Below, piece after piece: positions 52,486-64,000 of a DNA stretch of 64,000 bases (its first letter is position 1; the number at the start of each line of letters is the position of its first letter). The translations under genes were made by a program, and so were the position numbers. The notes beneath the pieces were generated by a model. The model was not told the origin of the DNA, did not search any database, and saw only the letters and a list, made by a program, of their open reading frames with translations. The stretch is from NCBI GenBank assembly GCA_013265495.1, contig MU058423.1, positions 5,748,745-5,812,744 on the forward strand. Direction: 5' to 3'. The DNA comes from Vicugna vicugna (taxonomy: Eukaryota).

Positions 52486-53038
52486 CTAGTAATAAGTATT
52501 AGCATATCTTTACATCTTGTGTTTTGGTTATTTCAGTGGGAAAGTGGGAACTAGAAATTCAGGGATTGTTATGTATGCATCATTTAATGTAAGAATAGTC
52601 TTTGCAAAAGTAATTTGCATTTTTTCCCAAATACCGTATCCCTGTAATCTTTCATATTACTGTTTCAGAAGTTATTTTATTTCCTTTAGTCATCTTTAGG
52701 TTTTATTGACTAGCATAATTTCAAATTTAATACTGTTCATTGTCACAAGTTCAGTGGTGCAGTTTGTATACAAATGAAAAATAATAATCTTCCCCATGCT
52801 TCTTCTAACACTACTTCTTAGATTATGTATGTGTGTGTGTGTATATAAATATAGTTTATAAAAGTATGTTGTGTATTGACTCATAAATTTTCTACTTTTA
52901 TCCTAAAAAAGATCCATGTCTGTACATACATGTGTGCTTTTGTGAGTATGTATGTGAGAGTGTGTATAGAGAAAGAGCAAGGAAGGAGAGTGAGGGAGAG
53001 AGATTTCCTCTTTTAAAGATATTAGAAAATACTATACT

Positions 53039-53782
53039 AACCCTCCTACACTGCTGGTGGTAATGCAGTTTGGTGCAGCCACTGTGGAAAACAGTATAGA
53101 GATTCCTCAAAAGACTAGGAATAGACTTAACATTTGACACAGGAATCCTGCTCCTGGGCATATATTCAGAAGGAACCCTACTTCAAAATGACACCGGCAC
53201 CCCAATGTTCATAGCAGCACTATTTACAATAGTCAAGACATGGAAACAGCCTAATTGTCCACTGAAGAGGACTGGATAAAGAAGTTGTGGAACATTTATA
53301 TGATGGAATACTATTCAGCCATAAAAATCGATAACATAACGCCATTTGCAGCAACATGGATGTTCCTGGAGAATGTCATTCTAAGTGAAGTAAGCCAGAA
53401 AGAGAAAGAAAAATACCATATGAGATCACTCATATGCAGAATCTAAAAAAATAAAATAAAATAAATACAAAACAGAAACAGACTCATAGACATAGAATAT
53501 AAACTTATGGTTGCCAAGGGGATGGAGGGTGGAAAGCGACAGGCTGGGATTTCAAAATGTAGAATAGATAAACAAGATTATACTGTATAGCACAGGGAAA
53601 TATATACAAGACCTTGTGGTAGTTCACAGTGAAAAAAAATGTGACAATATATGTATGTTCATATATAAATGAAAAATTGTGCTCTGTACTGGAATTTGAC
53701 ACAACATTGTAAAATGACTATAACTCAATAAAAAAAAGTTAAAAAAAGACATTTACACTTGAAGTTAAAAAAAAGCAAAAAA
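53039..53782 (+). mobile_element. Young 5'-truncated camelid-type L1 with TSD
   Basis: ORF2 C-terminus WIKKLWNIYMMEYYSAIK...FAATWMFLENVILSEVSQ, AATAAA and A tail. TSD agaaaatactatact (53024-53038) / agaaaacagtatact (53783-53797). Confidence 0.93.
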
Positions 53783-53799
53783 AGAAAACAGTATACTGA

Positions 53800-54199
53800 T
53801 TACTATGCAACATTTTAAACTTGGTTATCATAGCTCTCTTTCGGAGATAGTACATGCAGATCTAATTCAATCTTTTTAATAACAGTAGCATAATTTATAA
53901 AAATGAGAATATATTATAACATACTTATCATTTCCCTGTGATAAACATGAGGTTGTTAACAATTTTTGTGTTGTTTTGGGGTTTTTTGCCAATACAAATA
54001 TAGCTGCAATAAACATCGTGCCCATGTATCTTATATATCATTGCTTTTATTTTGGTAAGAAATAGTCTTCAAAGTGTAATTGGGAATAAAATGTTAGGTA
54101 CATTGAAATTTTGATAGTAATGGAGGAGGGTATAGCTCAACTGGTAGAGTGCATGCTTAGCATGCAGGGGGTCCTGCGTTCAATCCTCAATACCTCCAT

Positions 54200-54245
<46 letters not shown>

Positions 54246-54470
54246 AAGTAAGTAAGTAAGTAGCCTCCTCCACAAAAAATGAAATTAAGAAATGAAAAAA
54301 AAATTGATAGTAATGACCAGAAATATTATAAAATTTTTATAATTTACTTTGTTATCAGACATGAACAAATGTAACCATTTCTCCACATCTTTGCAATCAC
54401 TGCATTCCATCAGCCTTTTAATGTTTGCCCATCCAATAAGTGAAAATGGTATCTCACTGTAATGTTTTTA
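53800..54470 (-). mobile_element. Ancient L1ME-like 3' fragment hosting the SINE
   Basis: ccatttctccacatctttgcaatcactg...gtgaaaatggtatctcactgt. Confidence 0.65.
54122..54303 (+). mobile_element. tRNA-derived SINE (camelid Vic-1 type)
   Basis: A box tagctcaactgg, B box gttcaatcc, (TAAA)n/(TAAG)n middle, A-rich tail, TSD ttgatagtaatg (54111-54122 / 54304-54315). Confidence 0.9.
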
Positions 54471-55051
54471 GACAGCACTGCAGATAGTGCTAATTACATC
54501 TGCTTAAAAAACCCTTATTTTCTGATATACTGAACCAACAATTACCAATTAAAGATTAAAATTGGCTTTTAAGTTAGAATTCAAGGGTACATTTTACTTT
54601 CCTGAACTCATTATTAAAATCAATACCAATTATATGGATGTAAGGGCAGTTTCTTTCTTTTCACTAAAGGGAATTGTTCAGTAGTTGAATGGGTGATTTA
54701 AGGGATTGGCTGCATATAATGGAGACCAGAGACAAGATCTAAAGAGAGGTAAAGTTTGGGGACAATCAGAGAAAGCTCAGGCAGTTGGTAGAAACATTAT
54801 AGGTCCAATGTATCAATAGATAGAGATTATGAGGTCATGGAGGGAGACGCTGAACGCGCTCCAGATAGACATTATCAAACTTCTTTCCAGATATCCATTG
54901 CAATAGCAGAGAGAAAAATAAGGAATTAAAACAGGTGATGGTTGGCATAGCACTATACATCAGAAGAGAGTGGAGGCTCAGCTATTATAACCATGAATTT
55001 AGGTGTAGAATCTAAAAGACTTAAAGGAACAAGATTGAATCTCACCTAAGG

Positions 55052-55378
55052 CACTATGGTCTGAATATCTGTGCCCCACTCCCTAAATTTCTATGTTGAA
55101 AACACAATGCCCAAGGTGATAGCATTAGGATGTGGGGCTTTGGGGCGATGATTAGGTCATGACGGTGGAGCCCTCATTAATGGCATTAGTGCCCTGATAA
55201 AAGAGGGTCCAGAGAGGTAGCTCACTCTTTCTGCTAAGTGAGAATATAAGAAGTCTGAGACCCAATCATGCTGGCACCCTGATCTTGAACTTCCAGAACT
55301 TTGAGGGATAAATTTCTGCTGTTTATAAGCTAAGTGGTCTGTGGTATTTTGTTATAGCAGCCCAAACAGACTAGGACT
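55052..55378 (+). mobile_element. MaLR solo LTR (MLT1A0-like)
   Basis: ctatggtctgaatatctgtgcccc...gattaggtcatgacggtggagccctcat...ttgttatagcagcccaaacagactagga. Confidence 0.88.
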
Positions 55379-55682
55379 TACTCAAGGCAATTTAGTCTTT
55401 AGGCAAGAAGAAATGAAACAGGAAAGTTCCTATTGAAACAAAAGTAAAAAATTCATAGTCTATCTATTAGCAACAATGAAAACATTCTATATTGGGAATG
55501 GAGTTCAAAGGCAGGAAGTTTATTGTCAATCTAGAGTGTGCCAACTAAAAATATATTCTGCATTAAATATGGAATGAGTGTGCCTTATGCTTAACAAACC
55601 TTTCTGCTCACCGTGAGCACACTTAAAGTAATTTTAAAATAGCATAAGTACCAAAGAAATTAATTTAAATGGGTTATTCAGG

Positions 55683-55698
55683 TAGTGCCATCTGCTGA
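55683..55698 (-). promoter_or_regulatory. Candidate CTCF motif
   Basis: Minus strand TCAGCAGATGGCACTA, one mismatch from a core of the CCAGCAGATGGCACTA type. Confidence 0.35.
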
Positions 55699-56734
55699 TA
55701 TAATACAAACAATGAGAAATTTAGGTAAGAGGAAAGCTTATAAGATTCGTTGATTTTGATATGTGGGAGCTTATGATATAGTCCCAAGAAAGTAAGTAAA
55801 TATTTAGGAATATATATATGTTCTACAATTAAGATTCTCAAATCTGTTGGGGAGAATGTATCATTTTGAATTAAAAAAATCACATTTTGGGAAGAGAATA
55901 ATTTTAAATGGGAAAAAAACCCACACATTTCCCCTTTACAGTATAATTTTCTACTCACATCATACCAAAATAATCTTCTAAAATTATTATCTTCAATCTT
56001 TTATTTCATTAGTATTGCTATATGTACAAGAAAGAAGAGAATAAACATGACTCCATCATGAAATACAGTGTAGCATTTAATTGGAGAGACAAGGATAAAT
56101 CTAAACTGGGAGCAAAATGAGAAAGTAGGGATTAAAAAGTAAAATGCAACTGTAAGTGAATTTAAAGTGTAAGTGTGTAAAATCAACCAGATAGCTTCAA
56201 ATCTCTGGCACGTATATATACTCCAAGAGAAGAGATGAAAATCCCCAAAATTAACATTGTATAGTAAAATGTTTCATAAACTTGGAGAGAACTTAGCTGA
56301 TCCCATGATAAAGCTCTGAAGCCAGCTCACAGATGCTAATCTTCATTGATCAACTCAAATCCAACTGGATAGATAGACCAAAGATTACGTATCTGTGAAA
56401 TGTATCTACCCTGATTTATATTTGACTAATGCTCAGAATTCCACAAATGGATTTTTATACTTTGAAATCAGCATTTGCTTAGTGTTAAATTACAAACATG
56501 TAGAGAAGTTGAAACACTATGGCAGTTATTTTCATCTTACATGAACAAATTAAACAGAATATGAATTTTGTCAGAGCAGAGTCAAGAGCACATAAAGGTG
56601 GTGGATATGGAATCTGTATTTGCATCTAAAGGTGCTTTGAACACTAAATGAAAGTAAGGCTAAAAGGACACGCTTTAGAAAATTAAGCCCCACATCTGTT
56701 GTTCTATGTTGACTAAAACTCAGCTCATCACTCA

Positions 56735-56935
56735 TAAATTCAGGAATTTGGCTACCTGTATTTGTAAATAAAGTTTTACTGGAACACATGCCATACCAAA
56801 TCATTTACATATTGTCTATAACAGCTTTGGAGTAGTCAAGAGTAGATTTCAATAGTTGCAACAGAAACTGAATGGCTTACGTACCTTAAAAATGTACTGT
56901 ACTATGTAGCCCTTGGGAAAACATTCACAGATTCT
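56735..56935. mobile_element. MER58A/B-like hAT-Charlie MITE
   Basis: ctgtatttgtaaataaagttttactggaacaca...catttacatattgtctat...aatagttgcaacagaaac. Confidence 0.8.
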
Positions 56936-58419
56936 AAAAAGAATGGATCAGATCTATGGGACTTTCTATATTAAAACTTGGAACTAACACATTTAAAAAA
57001 AAAAAAAGCAATACCTAAAATTTTTCTAACAAAACTGTGAAATAAATAAAAAGCAACTCAGACATTTTGAGAAGGAAGGAAAGTTAATCAGCTTTAGATG
57101 AATTTTTAAAGAGAGTCTCTTGAGTTATTTCATATAGAACCTCATGAAATATATAATCATGGGGTCATTAGGGTTCAAATTCTGATTCTACAGGGCAGTT
57201 TTAGATATTCAATATTTTAGGGTATTACATTCAGATAGTTCCCTCAGTAGAAAACCTAGGTTTTATCCTTGATTTATTTAAAAATCAGATCAAAGGTCTA
57301 AAACATAGTTTTGTCGCTTAAAACTTTCTGAACTTCAGCAAACTATTCACTTTTTAAAAATTTCAGTTTGCTAAGCTACATATTATGAATAAGAGGTATA
57401 TATATATGGGAAATCATTGTGCTGTTCAAATTTTTAAAGTAAAGTATTTATACAGTGAATTACAGAAAAAGAATGGTTAAACCACATTATTCATTGTTTT
57501 TATCCAATTATCTTGTCAAATGTAAATACTAGGACTCTATTAAAAACACCATCAAAATCTCCAGAAGTTATCTGAATCTTAAATATTATAGATACTGCCT
57601 TATAAAAAGGATTCATTCTGTTGGCTTGGTTTGCTAATTCTTTTTAAAACTTCAATTCTATAGTATTTAAAAAATATCTACAAACTATTCTTTACTCTGC
57701 ACACATAATGATATATTAAAATACATATTTTTGCATAATGTCTTAACATATTGCCTAATGGTCATCACTAAATTTTTACTGTTCCAAAGATAATATCCAA
57801 AGTGTTGAATATGCCTACAAGACTGCTGAATTATATACATCACATCTCAAATGTGTATCTCTGATTCTTCGAGATTTGCTTTCTACAAGTCTCAAAGTTC
57901 CACAGTGTATAATTGGCAACGTTTTTCTTCTAGTTTGTAACACTTTTCAGTTACTAAAAACAATACGGGTTTTGGAACCTGAGTTCTTGCTTTCTGAAAA
58001 GACACAGACTATGAGAAGCCCAGTAAATCTGGAAACCTCTGCTTCTGTTATTTGTCTCCTCTGTGGTGTTATATCTAATTTTGTCCTATCTTGAGCCTAG
58101 GGCTCTTTTAAGTAATGAGTCAAATTCTAAGTAGTTAGATGATTGTAGAACCATATTCATTATTAACTGCTCTTCAGAGGTCAAACCTATGTCATAGCTA
58201 ATAAATTTTAGCAAATTACATTTTATTCAATTTTATACCATTGACAAATGGAATCATTTTTGGAGGAGTATGAATCAAATATGTTTAATTAATTAAAATG
58301 TTGGGTTTTTTTGTTTGACAATGGCATGGGTCATAAAACGAACAAAGTAAACATTTTGGAAATCATTTTCATGTTGTCGAAACAAACAAATACAGAGTCT
58401 TTCTCAACATATCTTCTCT

Positions 58420-59180
58420 CTCTCACTTACCACATATAACTAATCACCAGTCCTCCTCAATTTGTCCTCCAAATATACCTCAATGTCACCCACCTCTTCC
58501 TGTCCCCAATGCTATCATCTATGTTACTATTCCTCCACTGGTTGGACCTTCCTATCTCGTTTTGCCTGTTCTTTAAACAGTTATTTACCAAAAAGTCAGA
58601 GTGATTATTTCTTGTTTATAGTACACATCTGAGCACATGATTCTCCTGCTTAAAGTCTTCCAATGGCCCTCAACTAGACATATAACAAAATCTCATATCC
58701 TTAACGTAACATATAAAGTCAGCATAATCTGGCCTATATGTTCTTCTACTGATTGAGCTGAAGCCATGTTAACCTTTACAGTAAGTCGGTCACCCTAGAC
58801 TCATAGGCACCAGTATCTATCAACCTCTTTTTGCTTCAGAGCCTTTTCCAATTGAGCTTCTTATCTAGAATGTTCCTTAACTCAAGCACATATTCTGTCC
58901 AATTTATATGCGTCCTTCTAGACCAGCTTAAATGCCATTTCATCAGAAAAGATTTTTCTGAATTCCTATTCTAAATTATGTTCCCTTGTAAATACCCTCA
59001 AAGCACACTGAATTTCTTAGCACTTTATCATAGTTTTTTGTAATATATTTAATACTTCAAAAAATTAAAACCTACTTTTTTTCCATGGGAAAGTAAGCAC
59101 AATGAGATCAGGTACTATATTTCTATTTTATTATGCAGTATAAACTAGACTATCAATTATATTCTATATAATTAGTAGGT
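58420..59180 (+). mobile_element. L2 LINE 3' region
   Basis: ctcctgcttaaagtcttccaatggc and cagcttaaatgccatttcatcagaaaag. Confidence 0.75.
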
Positions 59181-59255
59181 ATTGGAAGTTAGAGACCGTT
59201 ATGAATAACATTAAGTTAATCTTGAGTGGCCTGTATATTATTTTCAAATTAAGAC

Positions 59256-60105
59256 TGTCATATTGTGATTTATAATAAGAAACATATGTTGATCTCTGCC
59301 CCTGGCTCCTGAAACAGGGCTCCTAAAACTGTTTTAATTTCCTGGGTGATAGGATTGTCTTTTGTTTAAATGAGATGCCTATGGGTGGGCTTCTGGACCA
59401 AACCATGATTAGAAGCTTGACATTTTCAGCCTCCACATCATTCTCTTGAGAAGGGAGAAGGGTTGAAAATGGAGGTAATGTGTGATTATGCTTATGTGAT
59501 GAAGCCTCTATAAAATCCTGAAAGGATTCACAGACTTCCAGGCTGGTGAACATAACACACCTTGGGAAGGTAAAGCATCCAACTGCATCAGGACAGAATC
59601 TCCTGTGCTCAGGACCCTCCCAGACCTCACCCTACGTATCTCTTCATCTGACTGTTTATCTGTATCTTTTAGCATATCCTTTAAAATTGGTAAATCTAAG
59701 TTTCCCTGAGTTCTATGAGTCACTCTAGCAAATTAATCAAGTTTGAGGAAGGGGTCATAGGAACTTCAGATGTGTAACCAAGTCAGATAGACATTGTGAG
59801 TAACCCTTGGGACCTACTACTTGAGACAGGCATATGAAGTAGGGTGGAAGCAGTCTCAAGGGACTGAGCCCTAGCTCATAGGATCTGACACTATCTCCAG
59901 GTAGACAGTGTTAGAACTGAGTTAAATTGTAGGTGTCATGGACTGATGTGGGAAAAATATCTCCACATATTTGGTGACACGTTAGTGTCAGAAGTAAAGT
60001 GTTCTGTGTGAATGTGCTAGTATTGTAGGCAGCAAAGAAGATACACAGTAAAATATATATATATAGTAAGAAAAAGTATATATAGTAAGTTCTTTTTCTA
60101 TACCA
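59256..60105 (+). mobile_element. Solo LTR (MER21-like)
   Basis: tgtcatattgtgatttataataagaaa...tttccctgagttctatgagtcactctagcaaattaatcaa...ggatctgacactatctccaggtagacagtgttagaactgagttaaattgtagg. Confidence 0.8.
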
Positions 60106-61334
60106 GGAGGCAGAAAATTAAGTTTTTCCAATTTAAAGTCCTATTTCAACAATCCAAAAAAGTAACTTAAATACTATGTGAAAAAGACACTGTGGTATTT
60201 AAATTTTGATTATTTCTCAAAAATATATGTAATGAAAACCGCCAAGTTTGTATATCCAAAAGTTCATTTCATCATCCTTGGAAAAAAATCTGATTATGAA
60301 TAATCTAATATATTCAATTTCCTTAAATATATCTTGGGAAAAATATTTTTTCAATTTAGTTTCTACCTAGAGGCGAGCAATCATCTATATATCTGAAACA
60401 CTGTTGCCTTAAGACTATGAGTTTTTAAAATTTGCCAATTTCCAACTGCATGTATTGCTCAAACATGCATGATTTTGAGAAAAATTACATTAAAATATTT
60501 TAACAATTGCACATTTTTGATGAAATGCAGTCTGCTTTTTAGTCTCACTTGTATTAAGAGAAATAGGTTCTGGGTTATAGCAAGTCACCAGGATGATATC
60601 AAAATCAATTAAAAATTCACATAAATTAGTAATCAAGTTTCTTTTCACATGGATGTTAAGTGGAAGAGCATTTAGTAAGCAGGAAAACCCCCTTTTAATT
60701 ATTTTATGTCATATATATATAGATCTTGAAATTAATACTCTTGCAAGGGAAACAAACAGGTTTTCATCAATCTCATTGATTTCTCAGGCTTATTAAAAGT
60801 AAAATGAGTCATACAAAAGGATAATAAAGGAAATTTGAAGTTACTGTGATGTCGAAAATTGTGACAGAGATGTTTTCTATCGGGGAAAATGTTAAATGAG
60901 TTAACACATGTAAAGTATATAGAGCAGTGCTTGTAACCATCCAGGAGTTGTGACTATTTTTAGTGGCAGTATTCTAGACATGCTCTTTCTATTCCTCCTA
61001 AATCTCTATTATGGGATTTCTATTAAAATTTCTGTCAATGGCAACCACCAAGAAACGTTTCCCTTGTCCTATTGAAAAAGTCTAGAGGAGGAATGGCTAT
61101 TTCAGAGGTGAGAGTGGCAGTTTTAGCATGGTTGGAGATAACTGAAATTTCTATGTCAGAATTGATATTATGCTATAAAGGATTTTTAAAAATTAGAAAG
61201 AAATTATACAAAAATACAAAATGTTGACTTGGGGAGGGATGAGCAGTATATAAAGTAATTTCAATTGTGCCTATCTTTAGATCTATGACCTTCCTTCTTC
61301 CTTCTTAATAATACTCCTGGTATCAAGATTATTG

Positions 61335-61952
61335 TGAGACTGGAGGGAAAGTGGCAGGGCACAGCCACTCAAGGAATGACAGCAACCAAAATGGTGGAAG
61401 ATTTACCCTAGTTGGCCTTGAGGATTAAGAGGTTTGACTTCTAGTAGACCTTGAGCTTCATTATATGCTCATTGTAACAGTGATCAAATAACATGCCCGC
61501 AGGCACCATGACAGCCCCAAGGCTGACCGGAAAAGGCCAAAGAAATGGGCAGTGGCCCAATCCCTGGGACTCCCAGCCCCTTCCCCAGGGCAGTTGGATT
61601 GATCCCACCTGTAGGCATGTGAGGCTACTGAGACCATAAAAAGTGACAACACCACGCCTAGTGGCCCTTTGCGCTCTCTACCCTGAGACTGCCCGCACTC
61701 TGTCTATGGAGTGTGTATCTACTTTTACTTTAACCTAGGCACCCAATTCCCACATTTCTTTCCTTGCCTTTCTCTTGCCTTATATGCAGTATGTATCTCT
61801 CTAAGTAAATCTACCTTAACTCAACGGTGGCTTGCACTTGAATTCTTTCCTGCGTGAAGCCAAGGACCCACACTTGGCAGGGCACATCCCGGGGCTCAAC
61901 CGAGACCTGGGACTCAGCCCTCCTCACGTCTCACATCTGTTTTCCTCCATCA
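61335..61952 (+). mobile_element. Solo LTR (ERV1-like) with perfect 4-bp TSD
   Basis: TG...CA termini flanked by attg at 61331-61334 and 61953-61956; TATA-like cataaaa; ttgaattctttcctgcgtgaagccaaggaccc typical of MER4/ERV1-group LTRs. Confidence 0.88.
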
Positions 61953-63096
61953 ATTGGGCTCACAGCAGGTTGCAACTCCACCTGTCTAATGCCTCCCATG
62001 GGTTCAGTTGAATTTAATTAGTGCCTTTGAGTAGTAATGGTAGTTTGCATGGCAAAAAAAAAAAAAAAAAAGGTTTCTAAATCCATCCTTGATGTTTTGT
62101 AAAGTTACTACTTTAACAAATTACAGAAAGGACATCTAATTATTCCACATAAATTTTTTTCAAAGACATTGCTACTTTAAAAAATATTCATGAGTGGAAA
62201 GGACCACACTATTGCTCATCTTAAGAATTATTTACCTATTCTTTCTATACATATTGACTGAACATCTGGCAAAAATAACTGAAGAGTTTACAAACAAGGA
62301 GAAGGGATAAAATTTGTACATAAGTGACCACAAAATAAAACACTTTTGTGGTACCAAAATAACAGTTGTAAAACCAAAGTAAGATAATAAAATATCATCT
62401 GATTATTTATAAATAAGAAAAATTAAAAGTTTAATTTTGATATTCAAAAGGTACACATGCTTTGCAAAGTAACATAAATAAAAATAAAAAGAAGTTACTG
62501 CTTACAAAATCATGCAGATATCCATAATCCTGGAACAATCTTTGTCAATAAAATGTCAAATAAATTCATATATATTTTCCTATATATATGTATTTTGGAG
62601 AAAAAATAATAAATGCATACACAATATATAATGATGTTATATATATTAACACATACTATATACAAACAGAAAACTGGGATTTTGTCATGTGTTATTAAGA
62701 ATACTAATTCATTTTCCTTATATTTTCTGTATTTGCCAACTAACACTGTGATCAGTAACAAATGTTGATTGAGTTTCTAGCTTTGTCAGAAATTTAATAA
62801 ATATTTATCAAGGACAGATTTCATCAGTAAAGTAGGAAGTAATTTATGCTCTACATTCTTGTCAAAATAATGTGATGTTATGGATACTGACACAGAGATA
62901 ACAAAAATTTGTAAAAACTGAAGTAGATGTAAACTGTAGAAATAAATTAAGTGTAAACGTAAAAATTTGAAAATGTTTTAGAAATAATAAAATATAGATA
63001 CATTAATGTGGATAAATAAATACATGTACTAATGCTTGCTATAATTTTATATTTTAGATAAACATCACACTTTGGTGATGTTTATTCTGCAATAGA

Positions 63097-63657
63097 TGCA
63101 TTAGTCTTCTATTGCAGCATATCAAATGACCATTCAGTTAATATTGTAAAGTAACATTTATTTATTATACTGTAGCTTCTGTGGGTCAAGAAGCCAGGCA
63201 TGTGTTAGTTGGATTCTCTTCTCATGGTCTCACCAGCCTGAAATCAGGGTGTCTTCCGGGCTGCTTGATATCCTCCTCCAAGCGCGCGGAGTTGTTGGCA
63301 GAATTCAGTTCCACGGAACTGTGGGATAGAAGCCCATTTTCTTTCTAGCCACCAGCTGAGACTGCTCTTAGCTCCAAAAGGCTGCTGCCAGTTCCTGGCC
63401 CTTTTGTCCTCTCACAGGACCTCTCACAAAAAGGCAGCTTCTTTTAAGGTCTACGGAGTGACTTACCTTCAGTAAGCTAAGATAAAATGATGAGGGTTAG
63501 TATCTCATCACCTCTGCCTTTAAGGCGCCTGAAGTCGATGGAGCCAGCACCCCAACAGCTATTGGTTAGAAGCAGTTACAGGTGAGGCATCATCCAAGGG
63601 AAAGGGATTACCAGAGAGCATGGCTCATTTGAAGTCATCTTGAATCCTGCCTATTAT
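63097..63657 (-). mobile_element. MaLR LTR (MLT1E/F-like), antisense
   Basis: attagtcttctattgcagcatatcaaatgacca...cttctgtgggtcaagaa...gttgttggcagaattcagttcc. Confidence 0.75.
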
Positions 63658-64000
63658 AATGGATGATGTATTGATGTATCTTCTGCCTATTTTCCTTAGG
63701 TTTCTGTTTTGGTTTGTAAACAGTTTAGAAAATAGAATTATAGGCAATTATTTAATTTTTATTCTACCACTTGCTTTCTGATTTACTGATTTTTTTTTAA
63801 ACTTCCAAACACTTGTATTATTTTTTTCTTTATAGGTTTTGCTTTTGATATTATGTTTGGAATGTTTTATTTCCGACCCATAGATTATATACTTAACTAC
63901 CTAATACATTTAATTTTTACATATAGAAGTAGGAGAATATTACTTCTTTATGTATCTGTGTAAGACAAAAATCTGTTATTATTTAATATCCAGTGGTTCC

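Noticed and set aside
54122..54200. tRNA-like sequence with A and B boxes
   Set aside because: It is the head of a SINE with tail and TSD, not a tRNA gene.
1..64000. Novel multi-gene system, mitochondrial insertion or non-retroviral viral insert
   Set aside because: No long ORF, rRNA, mitochondrial or viral motif was recognised by eye; a BLASTX of the repeat-masked sequence is needed to exclude small exons or decayed inserts.

Overview
AT-rich, repeat-dense mammalian DNA. A camelid origin is inferred from a tRNA-derived Vic-1-type SINE and lineage-type L1 3' UTRs, with no Alu, Bov-A/B or Can-SINE seen. No complete protein-coding gene is recognisable. Most ORF-track entries are decayed L1/ERVL remnants, microsatellite artefacts or chance ORFs. 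Much of the window is transposon relics: L1 of several ages, an ERVL provirus remnant, solo LTRs, MaLR, L2, MIR, CR1 and MER58. The main candidate functional element is a small CpG island at ~28.6-28.95 kb. Beside it on the minus strand are a CCAAT box, an AP-1 site, hairpins, an ATG-initiated 69-codon frame and a consensus splice donor (ACG|GTGAGT), which together suggest a first or alternative exon of an unidentified minus-strand gene. Notable oddities: a tailless tRNA-Gly(CCC) 5'-half retrocopy with a 16-bp target-site duplication, a 106-bp locally templated insertion, an old long imperfect palindrome at 360-525, three stacked L1 3' ends and a micro-rearrangement scar. I see no evidence of a new multi-gene system. 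Repeat family names come from recalled consensus sequences, not a database search, and boundaries without a TSD are approximate.
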